Source: Oculina patagonica (taxonomy: Eukaryota). Taken from it: DNA of 64,000 nt. The position numbers were made by a program, and so were the translations under genes. The stretch is taken from the NCBI RefSeq assembly GCF_052425735.1, contig NC_135758.1, forward strand, positions 37,200,001 to 37,264,000, in the 5' to 3' direction. This document shows, piece by piece, positions 12,836-25,736 of this stretch. Within the stretch, counting starts at the first letter, position 1; every line of letters begins with the position of its first letter. The notes under the pieces were generated by a model. That model was not told the DNA's origin, did no database searches, and saw only the letters and a program-made list of their open reading frames with translations.

Positions 12836-15800
12836 ATGGATCTTATCGATTTAATTGGCGACTCGAGAACGGACAGCTTACCGGCTGGGTTTCTACGATC
12901 GATCAAAATCAAGTACAAACAAGAATCCTCCCGAGTTTTTCCGCCAGGAACCCCGTACAGCACCACCAATGCCGGCGCGAAAGCCACTCCAACGCAAGGA
13001 GAAGGTCAAAGAACTGGCTCGGCGGCTAGCGGGTCTTCTGTACCGGTATGTTTTAAAATAACTCGGTAATCGAACTTTACAATTATCAAGGACTCTTCGA
13101 CTTTTTGTTTCTTGTCGCCCGTGTTGTCTAGGGCAAAAATTTGAGCTTTTGCTTGATTTGTTTACAGCGAAAATTCACGGGTCACTACGCGAGGGTCAAA
13201 TTATAAGGCGTCAAATTACGATCATAGTTGTGGAATGTGTTGCTTTAATTTTCTCAGTTCACACTGACGATAAACATTGACCGTGTTAATGATCTCTGCT
13301 TTGGCAAATTTGTGTAACTGTTACATGTAAATTCCAGAAAGTGTTTATTTATTAATCTAATTAAAATTTTATGAAATAGGACGAGTTGCTCCACTCAGAA
13401 TATTTAGATAAATAGTATACAGAGTGAATCACGATTTCATGATCAAACGCTTGAATTATTTCTGTAAAAGCGATTGTTACCCACTTCACAAAAAAATGTT
13501 ATCTACAGAACCATACAACCTAGCATTTTAATACGAAGAAGTGAGCCTGTGCAACCATATGATTAGTGAACGGAAGCCATTTCAAGACATCCATTACCTT
13601 ACCTCATTAGCCAATCAGAATTCAGAATATGACTTGCATTAATTTGAATCAGTGGGAAAGCGAGGGGAGCTGACTTCCCATCCATCTCTTGAAATAAACT
13701 CCTAGTCATGACCGCACAACTTGCAAATCAATCATTGATAGTGGCTATAACCAGTGAATTAATCACCTGAGCATGCATAGCTGTTGGTAACACTAAAAAA
13801 ATTTTCATAAATAAAAAAAAAATAAACACGAAAAAGTGTATTCCAAAATGCAGAGGAACTACTTTAATTTTAGCCTGTTCCAGGCATTCGGCGCTCTCCT
13901 CCCCGCCCCCCTCCCCTTATTTTTTTTCGCTCGCCGTTTTTCGCGCTTCCCAAATAACCGAACGCCTGGAACAGGCTACTTTAATTTGAGACAGAGGTAT
14001 GCAGAAGATTGTTAATATAAGAAGACAACCCCTTTGCACTTAAACTATATTTCCTCTGTCAGGAATATAACTCTCTCTCCTCTCTCTTCATTTTCAATAA
14101 AATACATGTAAAATTTTAAACATGTAAATATCACCTTATTTCCAGAGTTTCATGGGCTGGCGTGTTCCATCACGACTGATTCAACAAAACAGAACTGATC
14201 AGCCTTTGTCAGCAGGTAAGGGCTTACATGTATCTAATCTCAAGATTTTCCACTTTGAGATTGTACACTGTTGCTGATCTTTCATCTGATTTATCTCTCT
14301 ACGTGAAAGCCATAAACTAATGCTTCTTTAAAAAAACATTAATTTTTTGATTTGTTACAAAAGTTTATTTTTACTGTCTTTGTTACTTTAAGAGCGCTCA
14401 TGACTTAGAAACTTGGTTATTGTGATGAATAAATCATCATAAAAAAAGTGTAAATTAATTATTATCAAATGTAACTCTCTCTGTAGCTTAAGGCAATATT
14501 GTTTACTCAGAGGGTTTGCAGCAAGCACCTTACATTTTCTGTTGCTCCTTTTATCAATACAATAAACTCAGGTGGTTATGATGCCGGGAGAGGGAAGCTG
14601 GGATCCAGAATGTCTACACTGAGTAGAAGATCTCAAGGCAGTGCACAGATGATTCCACCCTCCAGGGGAATGGCTGATTGTAAGTCACTGAAGTGTAATT
14701 ACTATTGATAGTAATAACTTAATATGTTACAAATTTGCAGGAGAATGATATGGCTGGAAATACTAACAAGAATGTTATTTGATGTCCAATGTAGTACCAA
14801 GGTTGGCATCTGCTGCTAATTCTGTAAGGAAGAGTCCTCTACAGAGGCAACTTACTCCACTGAATCAAGTAAGTAATTCCTTGTCTTGTAAAATGATGTA
14901 TTAATAAATAATATTGAAAAGCGCCAAAGTTATTTAAGAAAAATTCATGTAATGAGCTAAGCCCTTCCACTAATGAGAATTGACACTTTGTGTTGTATTT
15001 TGATGTATCAATGTACAAATGATGAACAAATTTAGTACTACACAGCTGAGAAGCGTTTCCTTGTAGCATTTACCCTGTTCAGCCCAATTATGAATATTTT
15101 ATACAAGCCCTTGCTTAACTAAACAGCTTTTTAAATAGAAACAGTAGCTTATATAGATATAGCTCATGTAACAGGGTACCCTCCACCTATGATTTGTTCT
15201 ACTCAGGGTGTAAATCAGTGTTGGGTTCCTTGTTCCTTCTGTTTTAACATTAAATCTAGCCTCTTTATTTCTTTCTTAATAACATATAGACTTCACTGCC
15301 TGTAGTGGGAAACCAGTCCAAAGAGTCAACTGGCCGAGGTAAGTAGGAAACTACCACACACACCAAAACAAAACTACAGTGCCAGAACCCTCACTGCCTT
15401 AATTTAAAGTGCCCCTGTGATCAAATTTGTGATTTTCATTTTTTACATTTTCGTGAACAATTAGACTTTCTTACTCACCTTGCCAAATTTCAATCTATTG
15501 CGAACATCAGAAGTCGTTTTATTATATCATTTATTCCAGAGAATTTACGGCCGCCATTAATCATTCTTGTTCCAAGGCTTGGAGAAAGTGACGTCAAAGG
15601 CTCAAAAATACCTCACGGGTTGAAATTATAACAACAATCAGCATAGAAAATTGCACAAAAACAAGTCCAAAGTTTTTGTTGCTTTTCGCGTGATTTTCAA
15701 TATTTATTGTTATTATAATTTCAACCCGTGAGGTATTTTTGAGCCTTTGACATCACTTTCTCCAAGCCTTGGAACAAGGTTGATTAATGGCGGCCGTAAA

Positions 15801-18120
15801 TTCTCGGAAATAAATGTTAAAATAAAACGACTTCTGATGTTCGTAATGGATTGAAAACTGGCAGAATGAGTAAGAAAGTCTAATTACACACGAAAATGTA
15901 AAAAAATGAAAATCAAAAATTTGATCACAGGGGCACTTTAAATATTGTTCAAAAGAAGGCATTTCTTTGAAAAGTTGAGAAATATTTCAAAATGTTGCAG
16001 TTAATTTTTGGTTAATAAACACAAAATAAATATAATCAGGGACTTTGCTGAATCCCACATTGAATACCTGTATATTGTGCATTCCAGTATTATTTAAATT
16101 CTAATGAATGTTCTTTAATTTCTAGAAAAAAGTATTTCACAAGATCTGGCAGAAGCAAAAAGGACTGCCCTGGAGAAGGTATATACTATAGAAATACTCT
16201 ATCTAAGGACAGCTACCATTTCAACCTTCTGTATGATAATTTAGCTACACCTGTACATGGTGATGGGGGACATGACCTATACTAAGTCTTGTAGATGGAT
16301 TTGTCTGGTGTGGCTTAGTAAGGAACAGTGCTCAAAATTAGCGGTTGTCCGGTCGTCCAAGACAACTAAAAGTGCGTTCGGGCAACCAGTTTTTTAGAAA
16401 ATTATAGGCCTGGTTGCCCGAGAAAAAACCGCTGGACAACCAGAGAGCTTACACGACCATGATCACCCAACAGAATAAACAAAAGAAGTTATAAATTTAA
16501 AACATAAAAATAGCTTTAAATACTTCTCTTCTAATCGATGGAATCAACCACGATTCTTAGAAAAAGGAAATTGAAGGTTTTAGTGTGTTTTTGCGGGTAT
16601 AGGGATTTATAAAATTACTACACCGCTTCTCAAAGCAAAAAGGAGTATTTTCATTAATGTTAAAAGTAAGTTTAAGTGTCGTAATTTTGTTTAGGATGAG
16701 CTGTTTTTACACTGCTGTGAATGTAAAATAAATCTTATCGTCTCACAGCCTGAGAACAAGAATTTTAACCAAAAAACATGCAACAATACGGACAACCAAG
16801 TCCTCAGCAGGGCAACCAAACTCAGTGGTTAGGTTGTCCGGCATTTGCCATAAGGGCAACCTGGATTTTTTTCTAATTTTGAGCACTGAAGGAATGCATG
16901 TGTTTTCTGGCGAGCAGTCAAACTGCTTACAATAAATAGTAAGTGTTGCATTTTCAAGTACAATGTACACTAACCAATTCATAAAAATTTTCCAATTCTT
17001 ATTTTTCAAAGCTTCCCTTGTCTGAATGCTACCTTGTTTATATTTCAGTCCATCAAGAAGACAATTCATCCACAATCACTAGAAGCAGTGGATAAATGGT
17101 TAAAAACAGCTACTGACAAAGGTTAATATTATTAAAAAAATGTATTTTATTTTTTATCCTTGTGTCTAAATATTGCAGAATACTCAATCTGCTTTTCAGT
17201 ACTTTCTCCATATAATTATATTTATTAATAGTACTATTATCGTGGATGCTAAATGCTCAAACTTAGTTGTTTTAATATTACAGCATGTACAAGTACTAAC
17301 AAGTTACTTGAGGCATATTTAATTATTCTGATAAATCTTATTTGTTGTTGTTTTATACAAAAGAGCATGAGTTGGCATTGAAGTTCTTTAGCACCCTATC
17401 TGGAGTAAAGACAGACAAGATGGGTACCCTTGGCCTTAAATTAAACCATGACCACTCCGAGGGAAACTGTGAGATCTGCGACAGTGGAAGAATTGAGGAA
17501 ACTCTGGAGGCATTGGCCAGGTACGGTACATGATATCAAGAAGTCTATATGTATATGTAGCGATCTATTCAAAATTTAAATACAGCTGTACATGTTCATG
17601 ATTATCTTGAAATTTGGTTGTAAGAACAGTGAACAAGGTCTTTGCCCATATCTTTTAGATTACCATAGGACATACATGTTTTCACTAGCCTTTTGTTAGC
17701 AAGAGTGTTGTTATACGCAGTCATCAATAAATTTTTGCTACTCATTGTTTTAAATTCTGAATTATTTTAAATTAATGTAAACTGAAGTCTTTCCCATACT
17801 CTGACTCTTGCTTATTATTATTGGTATTCCACAGGGAGGACACTGTTCTATCCCGTGGTAAACTGCTGTACAATCCTAAAAGGGCTCCAGACATCTCTAA
17901 ACAATCGTATTACCAGAAAGCCAGGCAGCGTCTTCCAGTTCATGTGCGACAGCAGTTCCAGACATGGCACCACCTTCCAGTCTACAAAGTAGCTAGTGAT
18001 GGTGCCATAAACAAGAGTTCAATGTTCACACAGCCTCACAAGGCCTATGGACGGCATTTTACCATCCATCCAGAGTGGGGACTTCACAAGCCTATTCAGT
18101 ATTGTGCTGTAAACCAATAG
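12836..18120 (+). CDS. Uncharacterised protein (~329 aa), 8 coding exons; candidate ciliary/sperm protein
   Basis: Exons 12836-13045, 14146-14215, 14572-14679, 15306-15338, 16126-16178, 17049-17121, 17364-17520 and 17835-18120 are all GT-AG and phase-compatible (990 nt, no internal stop). Peptide landmarks: MDLIDLIG, EAVDKWLKTATDKEHELALKFFSTL, CEIC, QTWHHLPVY, HFTIHPEWG. AATAAA lies at ~18665. Confidence 0.8.
13123..13136 (+). promoter_or_regulatory. Possible RFX X-box in intron 1 of the uncharacterised gene
   Basis: GTTGTCTAGGGCAA resembles the X-box consensus GTTGCCATGGCAAC and lies ~80 bp into the first intron. Confidence 0.35.
13871..13978. mobile_element. TAG...CTA MITE (Academ-like non-autonomous)
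   Basis: TAGCCTGTTCCAGGC...GCCTGGAACAGGCTA with perfect 9-bp TSD CTTTAATTT. Confidence 0.85.
15408..15937. mobile_element. Kolobok-like fold-back MITE
   Basis: TTAA|AGTGCCCCTGTGATCAAATTT...AAATTTGATCACAGGGGCACT|TTAA. The arms are complementary over ~230 bp. A TTAA TSD with purine-purine termini fits Kolobok. Confidence 0.85.
16326..16888. mobile_element. hAT-like MITE
   Basis: CAGTGCTCAAAATTAG...CTAATTTTGAGCACTG, flanked by AAGGAA on both sides (6 bp), with subterminal GG(G/A)CAACC repeats. Confidence 0.75.
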
Positions 18121-18773
18121 TTACAGGAAGTCACTGTGTGTGTGCTGAGTGAGAAATGGCTAAAAGCCTTTTGTATAAAAAAAAATAGTTTTCCAAACAT
18201 GGCAATAGGCCTTTGTCATAAATATTGATTGTGTGACCAAGCCCTAGCGCTAGCACAAATAGGAGTCAAATATCGAACAAGCAGGTCTAAATTAGTATCC
18301 ATGTTGTGAAAATTTCAACCTTGATCTTTAGATGGTAGATGACTAGAAACGTTATGTTTTTTGTTGGTACAAGTCTTAGTCTTTCACTGCTTACTTTAAT
18401 GATATTATTTCTTGATGTGCTATTTCTGGCACCCATTTTGTGTAATAACACCATTTGACATGTGACCAGTTAATCTAATTATCTTGCATCACTTCCTTGA
18501 TGGTAATGTAACTTTAACTTTTAGCTTTGTTAGGGTCCATATTATTATCTCAAAACAAGTAGAAATAATTATGTAATCTTTGAAGGGGTAAAGGCATAAA
18601 GGCTTAATTGACTTAAAGTCAGACACACAGCTCTGAAAAATATTATTTTATAAGACTTTTGTACAATAAAAACAATTTTGAATCTGGCCCAATGTTTTTA
18701 AGCTTTTATAAACTAACCAAAGTATCAGGAACATGCTAAATGACTTTTTGTAATACACCTTTCAACTAAGTTC

Positions 18774-19996
18774 TAGCCAGTTCCAAACTCTCGATTGGTA
18801 GCCTGCGTTGCAGACGAACAAAACCCCGGTATAGTGCGTCTGCGAATTACCGCACAAAAGCTTGTTCCGGCCCCCCGCTTGTTACCAGGGATTTCTATAA
18901 TAACCTCTGATTAGCTTTTGAATAGGGCCGTTCTTTCGTGCGTCGTAATTGGTCGAGTGCATCATGAGAAACCATAGTTACGCTTTCGACGAAGACCAGA
19001 TACAAAACAAACTTGGCGACGATCACGGCAGATCGGACCAGATCGGTGAGAACTAGCGTTTGAAGCGGTAAAAAAGCAGCCGGTTCGAACTATCTCATAA
19101 AAAAAGAAAACAACGATAACGACAAGAAGCATACACAACTGACAAGCAAAAAGGTCATGGTATAAATGTTGAATAATCTACATTTGTCTTGTGGTGAAAG
19201 AATGTCACACAACGAACATCCGTCATCCATGATGAGAAGCTACACACCTTGACAACAAAATAAACAGCCGGACCTGGCATTACAAATGCAGAATGCAAGT
19301 AGTCGACATCTTCACGAAAAATTTAGGACCAGAGGGAATATTTCAAAAGCTCAAAAAATATCTTGCAAATATGAATGTTCCAAGACTAACCGCGATAGTA
19401 ATTACATATGACAAATGTAAAACAGAGGTGTCAAAATATCCGGGAAAAATATACAAACGGAAAGCCGTGCAGACCAATGTCTTATGGCTCTACTCAACTT
19501 TAAACGCCTCCAAATAATACAACTGACAGCATATCGTGCCCTTTCTAAACAAGTGAAAAGCGAAATAGATTGGATGACCAATTCCAATACAGAACGGCAC
19601 AAATATATGACAAGAACGTTTTACTGTATCTGGTATCTGGTATTCATCGAACGCGTAACTATGGTTTCACGAGATCCACTCATCCAATTACGGCGCACGA
19701 AAGAACGGCCCAATTCAAAAGCCAATCAGAGGTTATTATAGAAATCCCTGGTAACACGCGGGGGCCGGAACAAGCTTTTGTGCGGTAATTCGCAGACGCA
19801 CTATACCGGGGTTTTGTTCGTCTGCAACGCAGGCTATCGATTGGTGGTGGCAAATGAAAACAGTATCTAGAGCACAAACAATGCAAGAGAGCGGAAGCAT
19901 GGGGGGTCACGCCCTTCCCTCCCCAATCCCCGTCATTTCTTCCTCACTTGCCCGGCACTCCTATAGCCCCACCAACTGAGGGCCTGGAACAGGCTA
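18774..19996. mobile_element. Outer TAG...CTA MITE, interrupted by the element at 18799-19836
   Basis: Degenerate TAGCCAGTTCCAA...GCCTGGAACAGGCTA with flanks ACTAAGTTC/ACTTAGTTC (9 bp, 1 mismatch). Confidence 0.7.
18799..19836. mobile_element. Young TAG...CTA non-autonomous DNA transposon with >100-bp TIR
   Basis: TAGCCTGCGTTGCAGACGAACAAAACCCCGG... is mirrored almost perfectly at the right end; TSD TCGATTGG (8 bp). Confidence 0.9.
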
Positions 19997-20215
19997 ACTT
20001 AGTTCAGATGGGGAAAATAGTCTCCAGAAAGTTATCAAGTCTTTTGTCAATAATGTTGCTAAGTAACATATGACATATCCTGAAGTCAACTATAACTGGA
20101 ATGGGACAGATGGAACATCTAAAGTTACACAAATTAACAAAACCAAGGATTTGCCATTAACAACACTGTCTTGTTCTCCAACTAAAGACAGATGTTGTAT
20201 TCACCTGACTGAAAT

Positions 20216-23200
20216 CTAGTCATCGAGATCCAATCCAAATTCTTGATACATAGCTCTTGTTGTAGTACCATCTATCTCAGCTGTGAATAAAGGATGCAAA
20301 ATAACAATTAGAAAAGTCATTTCTTATAGTGCAGTAGTGCATATGAGTAGTAAATTTAATAATACTGAGTTATAGGCCGATTGCCTCTGTGTCAAAGTGA
20401 GTCTTCCCTGATGCTTCAATATCTGGAGAAATCTATAATCCAGACCTTCCAGCATGAATATGAATGGACCTCACTCTTACTAACGTTCATGTGAAAAAAT
20501 ATTAGTTTTACAAAGTTTAGCAGACTGTATTTCACTGAACTGCTTAATTTTTGAATTTTATAGAAAAATGTACTTTACAAGATCTAACTTTTTTGCTAGC
20601 TAGCCTATTGGCTAGTGACAACTTTGATTTCACTAGCTGAAACTAATTTTCTACTTGTCAGAATTCTCAAGCTAAATTAGGTTTGGCAGGAGGCAGTTTG
20701 CCATCTCTACTGACTCTGTTATCACTATCTTTAGGGTTAATTTTTGCCTACTTTTTGGTAATTTCAGCTTGTCCACAGTCTTTGATAATTTTATATGTGA
20801 CGACAGTGAGCTTGTGAGTTCAGTTCTCTCAGAATCGATTTCAATGTATGGTTTTCTTCCAATCAAATTCATGAAATTTTAACTAGCCATTTTGGCTAGT
20901 GAAAGCCCAGAACCTACCAGCCAAAACTGCATTTCTACTAGCCTGTGGCTAGTTGGCTATCGGTAGTCTCAAGCCCTGATATTGTTGACACTGTTTTCCC
21001 ACAAGTCTGAATCATACTTATTTACCTAATTTGCCAATAAGAAGCTGGCCAACATCCTTGATTTCATTGTATTCATGAAGTTTCTGGATGTGCAGCTGAA
21101 GCTCTTCTTCACTGTATCTGGTGATTCATGACAACAAAAAATGTGGTTTGAGTAGGCAGTCTTCTTGGTGTACAGCTTCAAAGTAAAATGTTTTCCAATA
21201 GCACGGAATAATAACAGTGCAATCTTTTTGGGTTGGCTTCAAATTAAAATGTTTTAAGGGGACAAATAATTATGTGGTACCTTTACCAAGGCAACCTAAC
21301 TTAGGTTGGGTTAAAAGTAGATTTTATTGAGACAACAGAGAACCACAAAGAGTGTACAGTGTAGGGAAGAGAGGGAAGAGCCGCATATTGTCCACTTACT
21401 ACATAACCATGTTTCCTTCCTTAACTGGGAGATGTTTGTCGTAATGATATCATATAAGGGAGGGCAATTATTGGTAATTACCATTTAAAAAAAAGTGAAG
21501 CCACAAGCCATGCGGCCCACAGTCTGTCGGAGCTTATCCCGGTTTCCGTAGCATTGAGCAGCTAGGAATATTTCTACTCCCCCCTGAATGGGATGCTAGT
21601 CCATCGCAGGGTAACCCCCCAGCATTATGTCGCCGGTACCCTTTTATACACCTGGGTGGAGAGAGGCACTATGAGAGTAAAGTGTCTTGCCCAAGAACAC
21701 AACACAAGTGACCCCGGCTGGGGCTCAAACTCGGACCGCTCGATCCGGAGTCCGACGCAGTCTAATCGTTAGGCCACCACGATTCCCATTATATTACTTT
21801 TTTAAAAGCATCAAATTCTTTTTTTAAAATTTGCATTTATTTAGCGCCAAGTCATTGAAACAGCAAATTTTGATTAATCATGTATGCATTGGTGACATGA
21901 GCTCCTTAGAAAGACAGAGACATCATAGAAACTGGCTTTGTGTTTGAAATCAACTACTCACTCTTTACTGAGTTCAGCAATGTCTTTGTTTAGGATCTCT
22001 AACTTTGCTTCTAAACTTTCAATCTCTTCTAATAATGATGATTTGTCTTCAACCACTGTACTCTGTTGTCTTGATTGAAGCTGAAAAGTTAAGTACAGTT
22101 ACTGTAAGAAGCCCAAAAAGGAGTAAGGAGTAAGGAGCCCAAAAGTGTGACCACTTTTAATGTTTTCACATTCTTTCGTGCAGATTTAATCCAATCAGAA
22201 GTCAACTAGAAGCTGTCCTCGGCAGTGGACACAATTTTGGGCTCCTTGCTTTCTGTCTTCTGCCCCACATCTCATGGGTTTCTACTTTTACACCCCCTCC
22301 CCCCCCCCCCAATTCCTCATTGATTTTGTTACAAAAATGTTTTTACCCCATGAAGCTCAAATTACCCTTGCATTCTTTATGTTTAAGGGTATTCCTAAAA
22401 AATTAACCTCTGGTTGAAAGGCCCGCAAGTCTCCAGAAGCTATATTATGGAAACAAGCCTCATTACAATCATAAGGAATTGCACAGACACATTTTTCTGA
22501 CACACACGACATTGTTATATCTACTGACCTGTCGAAATAAAAAAGAATTCTACAACCTTGGATGAGAATGAGTGATCTACTTACAGGTGACTTGAAAGGT
22601 TGTCTTAACTTGGAATTGCTCCTGAAAAAGATCAAGGAATGATTGAGACAGTATTATACACCCTTAAATCATCTGCAATATTGATATGTGGTTGTTAACT
22701 AAATTTTTTGATTGTAATGCTATCCCTGGCAGAAGTTATTCCCTGGATATGTATACAGTCAACTCTCTCTAAGACGGACACCGTCGGGACCGGCCCCAGC
22801 TGTCCGTCTTATAGAGGTGTCCGCCTTATAGAGAGTCGAGGTAACGTGACACCAGAAATTTTGAGACAATAAAGCTAAACGGCTATGCACAACGAATACA
22901 CGTCTGTTTTAGTCGCTTACGTTAGCAAAACCTATAAAGTGGAACAAAAATAATATCAGAGATTCGACTTGTTTGTTAATAACAAACGGTGATACTGTAA
23001 GTAGAAAACTAAATCTACAAGTTTAAGCAGAGAAGTAATGCGTTTTAGCGGATTGTTTTTGGTAAATTTGGTATTCCAAAGGTGCTGACCTGCTATGCTA
23101 TATGTCGATAACAAGTTTTGAAGTATTATTCACGAAAAAAAAAACTTTTAGTGCCTGTCCGTTGGCGGTTTTAAAGTGTCCGTTGTCCGTCTTAGAGAGG

Positions 23201-25638
23201 TGTCCGTCTTACAGAGAGTTTTCTTACAGTAAAATGACTGAAAAACGGCAGGGACCATAACCAGGTGTCCCGCTTATGGAGGTGTCCGTCTTATAGAGGT
23301 GTCCGTTAAGAGAGAGTTGACTGTAGACCCAAAAAGTCTCTCTCTGGGAGGAGAGGTGCTCGGGTATGGGAGGACTACAGGAGGTGGGGGAAGAAAGGGT
23401 AGGAAGTGTGAAGCGCATCAAAATTGATAATTTCACCTTATTATTATTTTTATAAATATTTCATCATCATTGTTATCATCATTATTAATATTATTATTAT
23501 TATTATTAATTTCATTTTTGATAGATCTCCCATCATGTTAGTTGGAGGTATGTCACGTGATGTTCAGCCAATAAGAGGGGGGTGAATAGGTTCGCGGATC
23601 GACGGATTTGGCCTTAAAACATGCCCAGATTGCTGATTTTTAACTGCGCTGCGCAGTTCTTGCTCTGCACGGGGTTTATTATTTTTCGTTTTGTCGGTGA
23701 CCTGTACCAAACCTCCACTCGGTCAGGCTCATGTCACGCGATGTTTAGAAGCAACAAATCAGTAACAAATGGAAACATTTTCTTATTTTTTGTCTTTACA
23801 AAGAATGTTCAGTGTGAACTATTCGATTTTGAAGCGTTTTATTCGAAGAAAATTCTAAATTTTCATGCGTCGAAAGAAAAATATATTTCAGCGGGCCAGA
23901 ATCTGTGAATAAATACCATTACGTTGGTGTAAAAGAATGTGCTGACATGACAAGTTTCACTTTCGATCGGCTAGGCCTCAGTCACGTATTTTTCAAAGCT
24001 TTTATCAGCTACCCAAATCTTTGCAAATCCATTAATCTTTACTTACAAAATTCAGTGTGAAGTATTTGAAGCGTTTGAATCGAAGAAAATACTAAAATTT
24101 CACGCTTTGGCGGGCAAGAATTTACATTTATTTACATTACGTTTGTGTCCTGGAATGTGCTGGCGTTAACAAATTTTTACTTTCACAAGGCACTGATCGG
24201 CAAGAATCACGCAATGCTCTGAAAGGTTTAAATCTGCTACAAACGGAAACTAAACAAATCCTCTGGTCTAAACTTGGCATGTTAAGTGTGAAATATTCGA
24301 CTTTTTAGCGTTATTTATTTTTGGAGCTGTGTCCTTTGTAGGATTTCTGAAATCTGATGGAAAACCACTGAGACAAACATGCCCTGACTTGCAAGGGTTA
24401 TGTCATTGCTAAATTAATTCCCCGGGGAATTCCCATTCAGCAAAACACAGGTCTAGTGTTCTTCTCAAATTTGATTTAATTATTTTGCTCCAATATTCCA
24501 TTTTCAGAGCTGTTTATTCAATCTTTAAACGGTAATTCAAGACAACACTGGATGCTGATTTAAAAGATTTTTTTGTTTCACGGATCAGGATCATGGGAAT
24601 TAAATTTGGCCACCATTAGCAAATTTATAAGAAAACTGTTTAATTTTGGATGGAACTAGTCAACCATGAAATGTCACTCAAGGTGTTTTCTTACCATCTT
24701 GTTTGTCAGTCGCAACATTGTTTGACGCAGGTAAAAGGGAAAAGGGGAGGGGGGTGCATTTTTTGTTCCCCCCACATGGCTCCCCTAAAGTGCTCACGAG
24801 ACCAGCGCAGTTGTAAGCTCTAAGAGCTCTTGTTTGCAATACATTGAGCGGATTCGCGGATTTCAAAAATACAGCGGATAGCTGAGAATTTGGCGCGAAT
24901 TCTGGGTTCTTCATGCCAGGAAGCTCTGATCATGGATAATAGACAAAATTTGGATCACTTTGGTCGGTCTTCATCGATATGCTGGCGAAATTGTAACAAA
25001 AACAAGCAATAAAACGAAACTTCTCAATAAATTGGCATAAAAAACAACATCTACTGTCTGTCACAGTGAAACTTTACCACACAAAGTTTTCAAGTAATGC
25101 GGATTCGGATTTGAACGAAAATAGTGGCGGTTTTACTGATTTGGCCAAAAAATAGCACAGATCGATTTGCATACCCCTATTCACCTCCCTCTTATAACGA
25201 CCTCATTGTGATGGGTGGGTGTTGATATAACATTTACATATTATTTATGTAATTTCCTAAATCATATGTACAATAGTATATCTAAACTAGCATGCAACAT
25301 CTACCTTGAGACCAAAGGTCGTTTCCTGAACGTTCCTGGTGTTGTAAGCTGCTTTGGAGTATTTTGCGTTTCACATTTACATTTTCCATTAATATCTCTA
25401 AGGAGGCACAATACAATAGGTGTTATTCTTATTCAGTGACATTCAAATAATTAAGTGGCCCGGTAATTCAGTGGCCCTTTATTATGTAATTTAGCCAAAA
25501 TAGGAAAATCTGAAAACAAAAACAAGCTTATCACAAATTAAAGCTTATAAGCTTATATCTTGCCAAGTGAATGAAAACTTACATTTGTTGTTTGCCTTCC
25601 AGAGCTATCTCAGTTTGTTGAGATGGACTTGAGAACAT
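20216..25638 (-). CDS. SWI5: DNA repair protein SWI5 homolog (Sae3/Swi5 family), ~153 aa, 6 exons
   Basis: Exons 25638-25583, 25397-25305, 22621-22585, 22080-21962, 21117-21026 and 20280-20216 are phase-compatible and GT-AG. They encode LRQPFKSP...HIQKLHEYNEIKDVGQLLIGKLAEIDGTTTRAMYQEFGLDLDD*, the Swi5 signature. The start codon is uncertain (see finding at 25636-25736). Confidence 0.92.
20590..20978. mobile_element. Partial hAT-like MITE in a SWI5 intron
   Basis: One CAGGGCTTGAGAC-type end (plus strand ...GTCTCAAGCCCTG) and repeated GGCTAGT/ACTAGCC subterminal motifs; the other end was not resolved. Confidence 0.45.
21500..21785 (-). mobile_element. tRNA-derived SINE with CORE-like central domain
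   Basis: Minus strand: GGTGGCCTAA...GAGTTTGAGCCC head, then TTGGGCAAGACACTTTACTCTCATAGTGCCTCTCTCCACCCAGGTGTATAAAAGGG, which resembles the CORE domain. Confidence 0.8.
22756..23323. mobile_element. Tc1/mariner (pogo/Tigger-like) MITE
   Basis: TA|CAGTCAACTCTCTCTAAGACGGACAC...GTGTCCGTTAAGAGAGAGTTGACTG|TA with internal GAGGTGTCCGTCTTA repeats. Confidence 0.88.
23575..25191. mobile_element. PIF/Harbinger-like non-autonomous element in SWI5 intron 2
   Basis: TAA|GAGGGGGGTGAATAGG...CCTATTCACCTCCCTC|TTA, with subterminal GCGGAT repeats and an internal ~180-bp direct repeat. Confidence 0.7.
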
Positions 25639-25736
25639 GTTCAATATTTCGGCTGAAGTTAGAGGTTCATTTGCTAGATTAGTCTCTTTCAAAAAGTTCA
25701 AAAACACAAATTTTTGGCACCCTCCTTTGCCGCCAT

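Noticed and set aside
15290-15338. Alternative acceptor for exon 4 of the uncharacterised gene
   Set aside because: Using 15290 shifts the phase so that the downstream exons no longer give the coherent frame obtained with 15306.
25583-25736. HOP2-like appearance of the frame-corrected SWI5 N-terminus
   Set aside because: The resemblance is superficial; the downstream exons are unambiguously Swi5 family.
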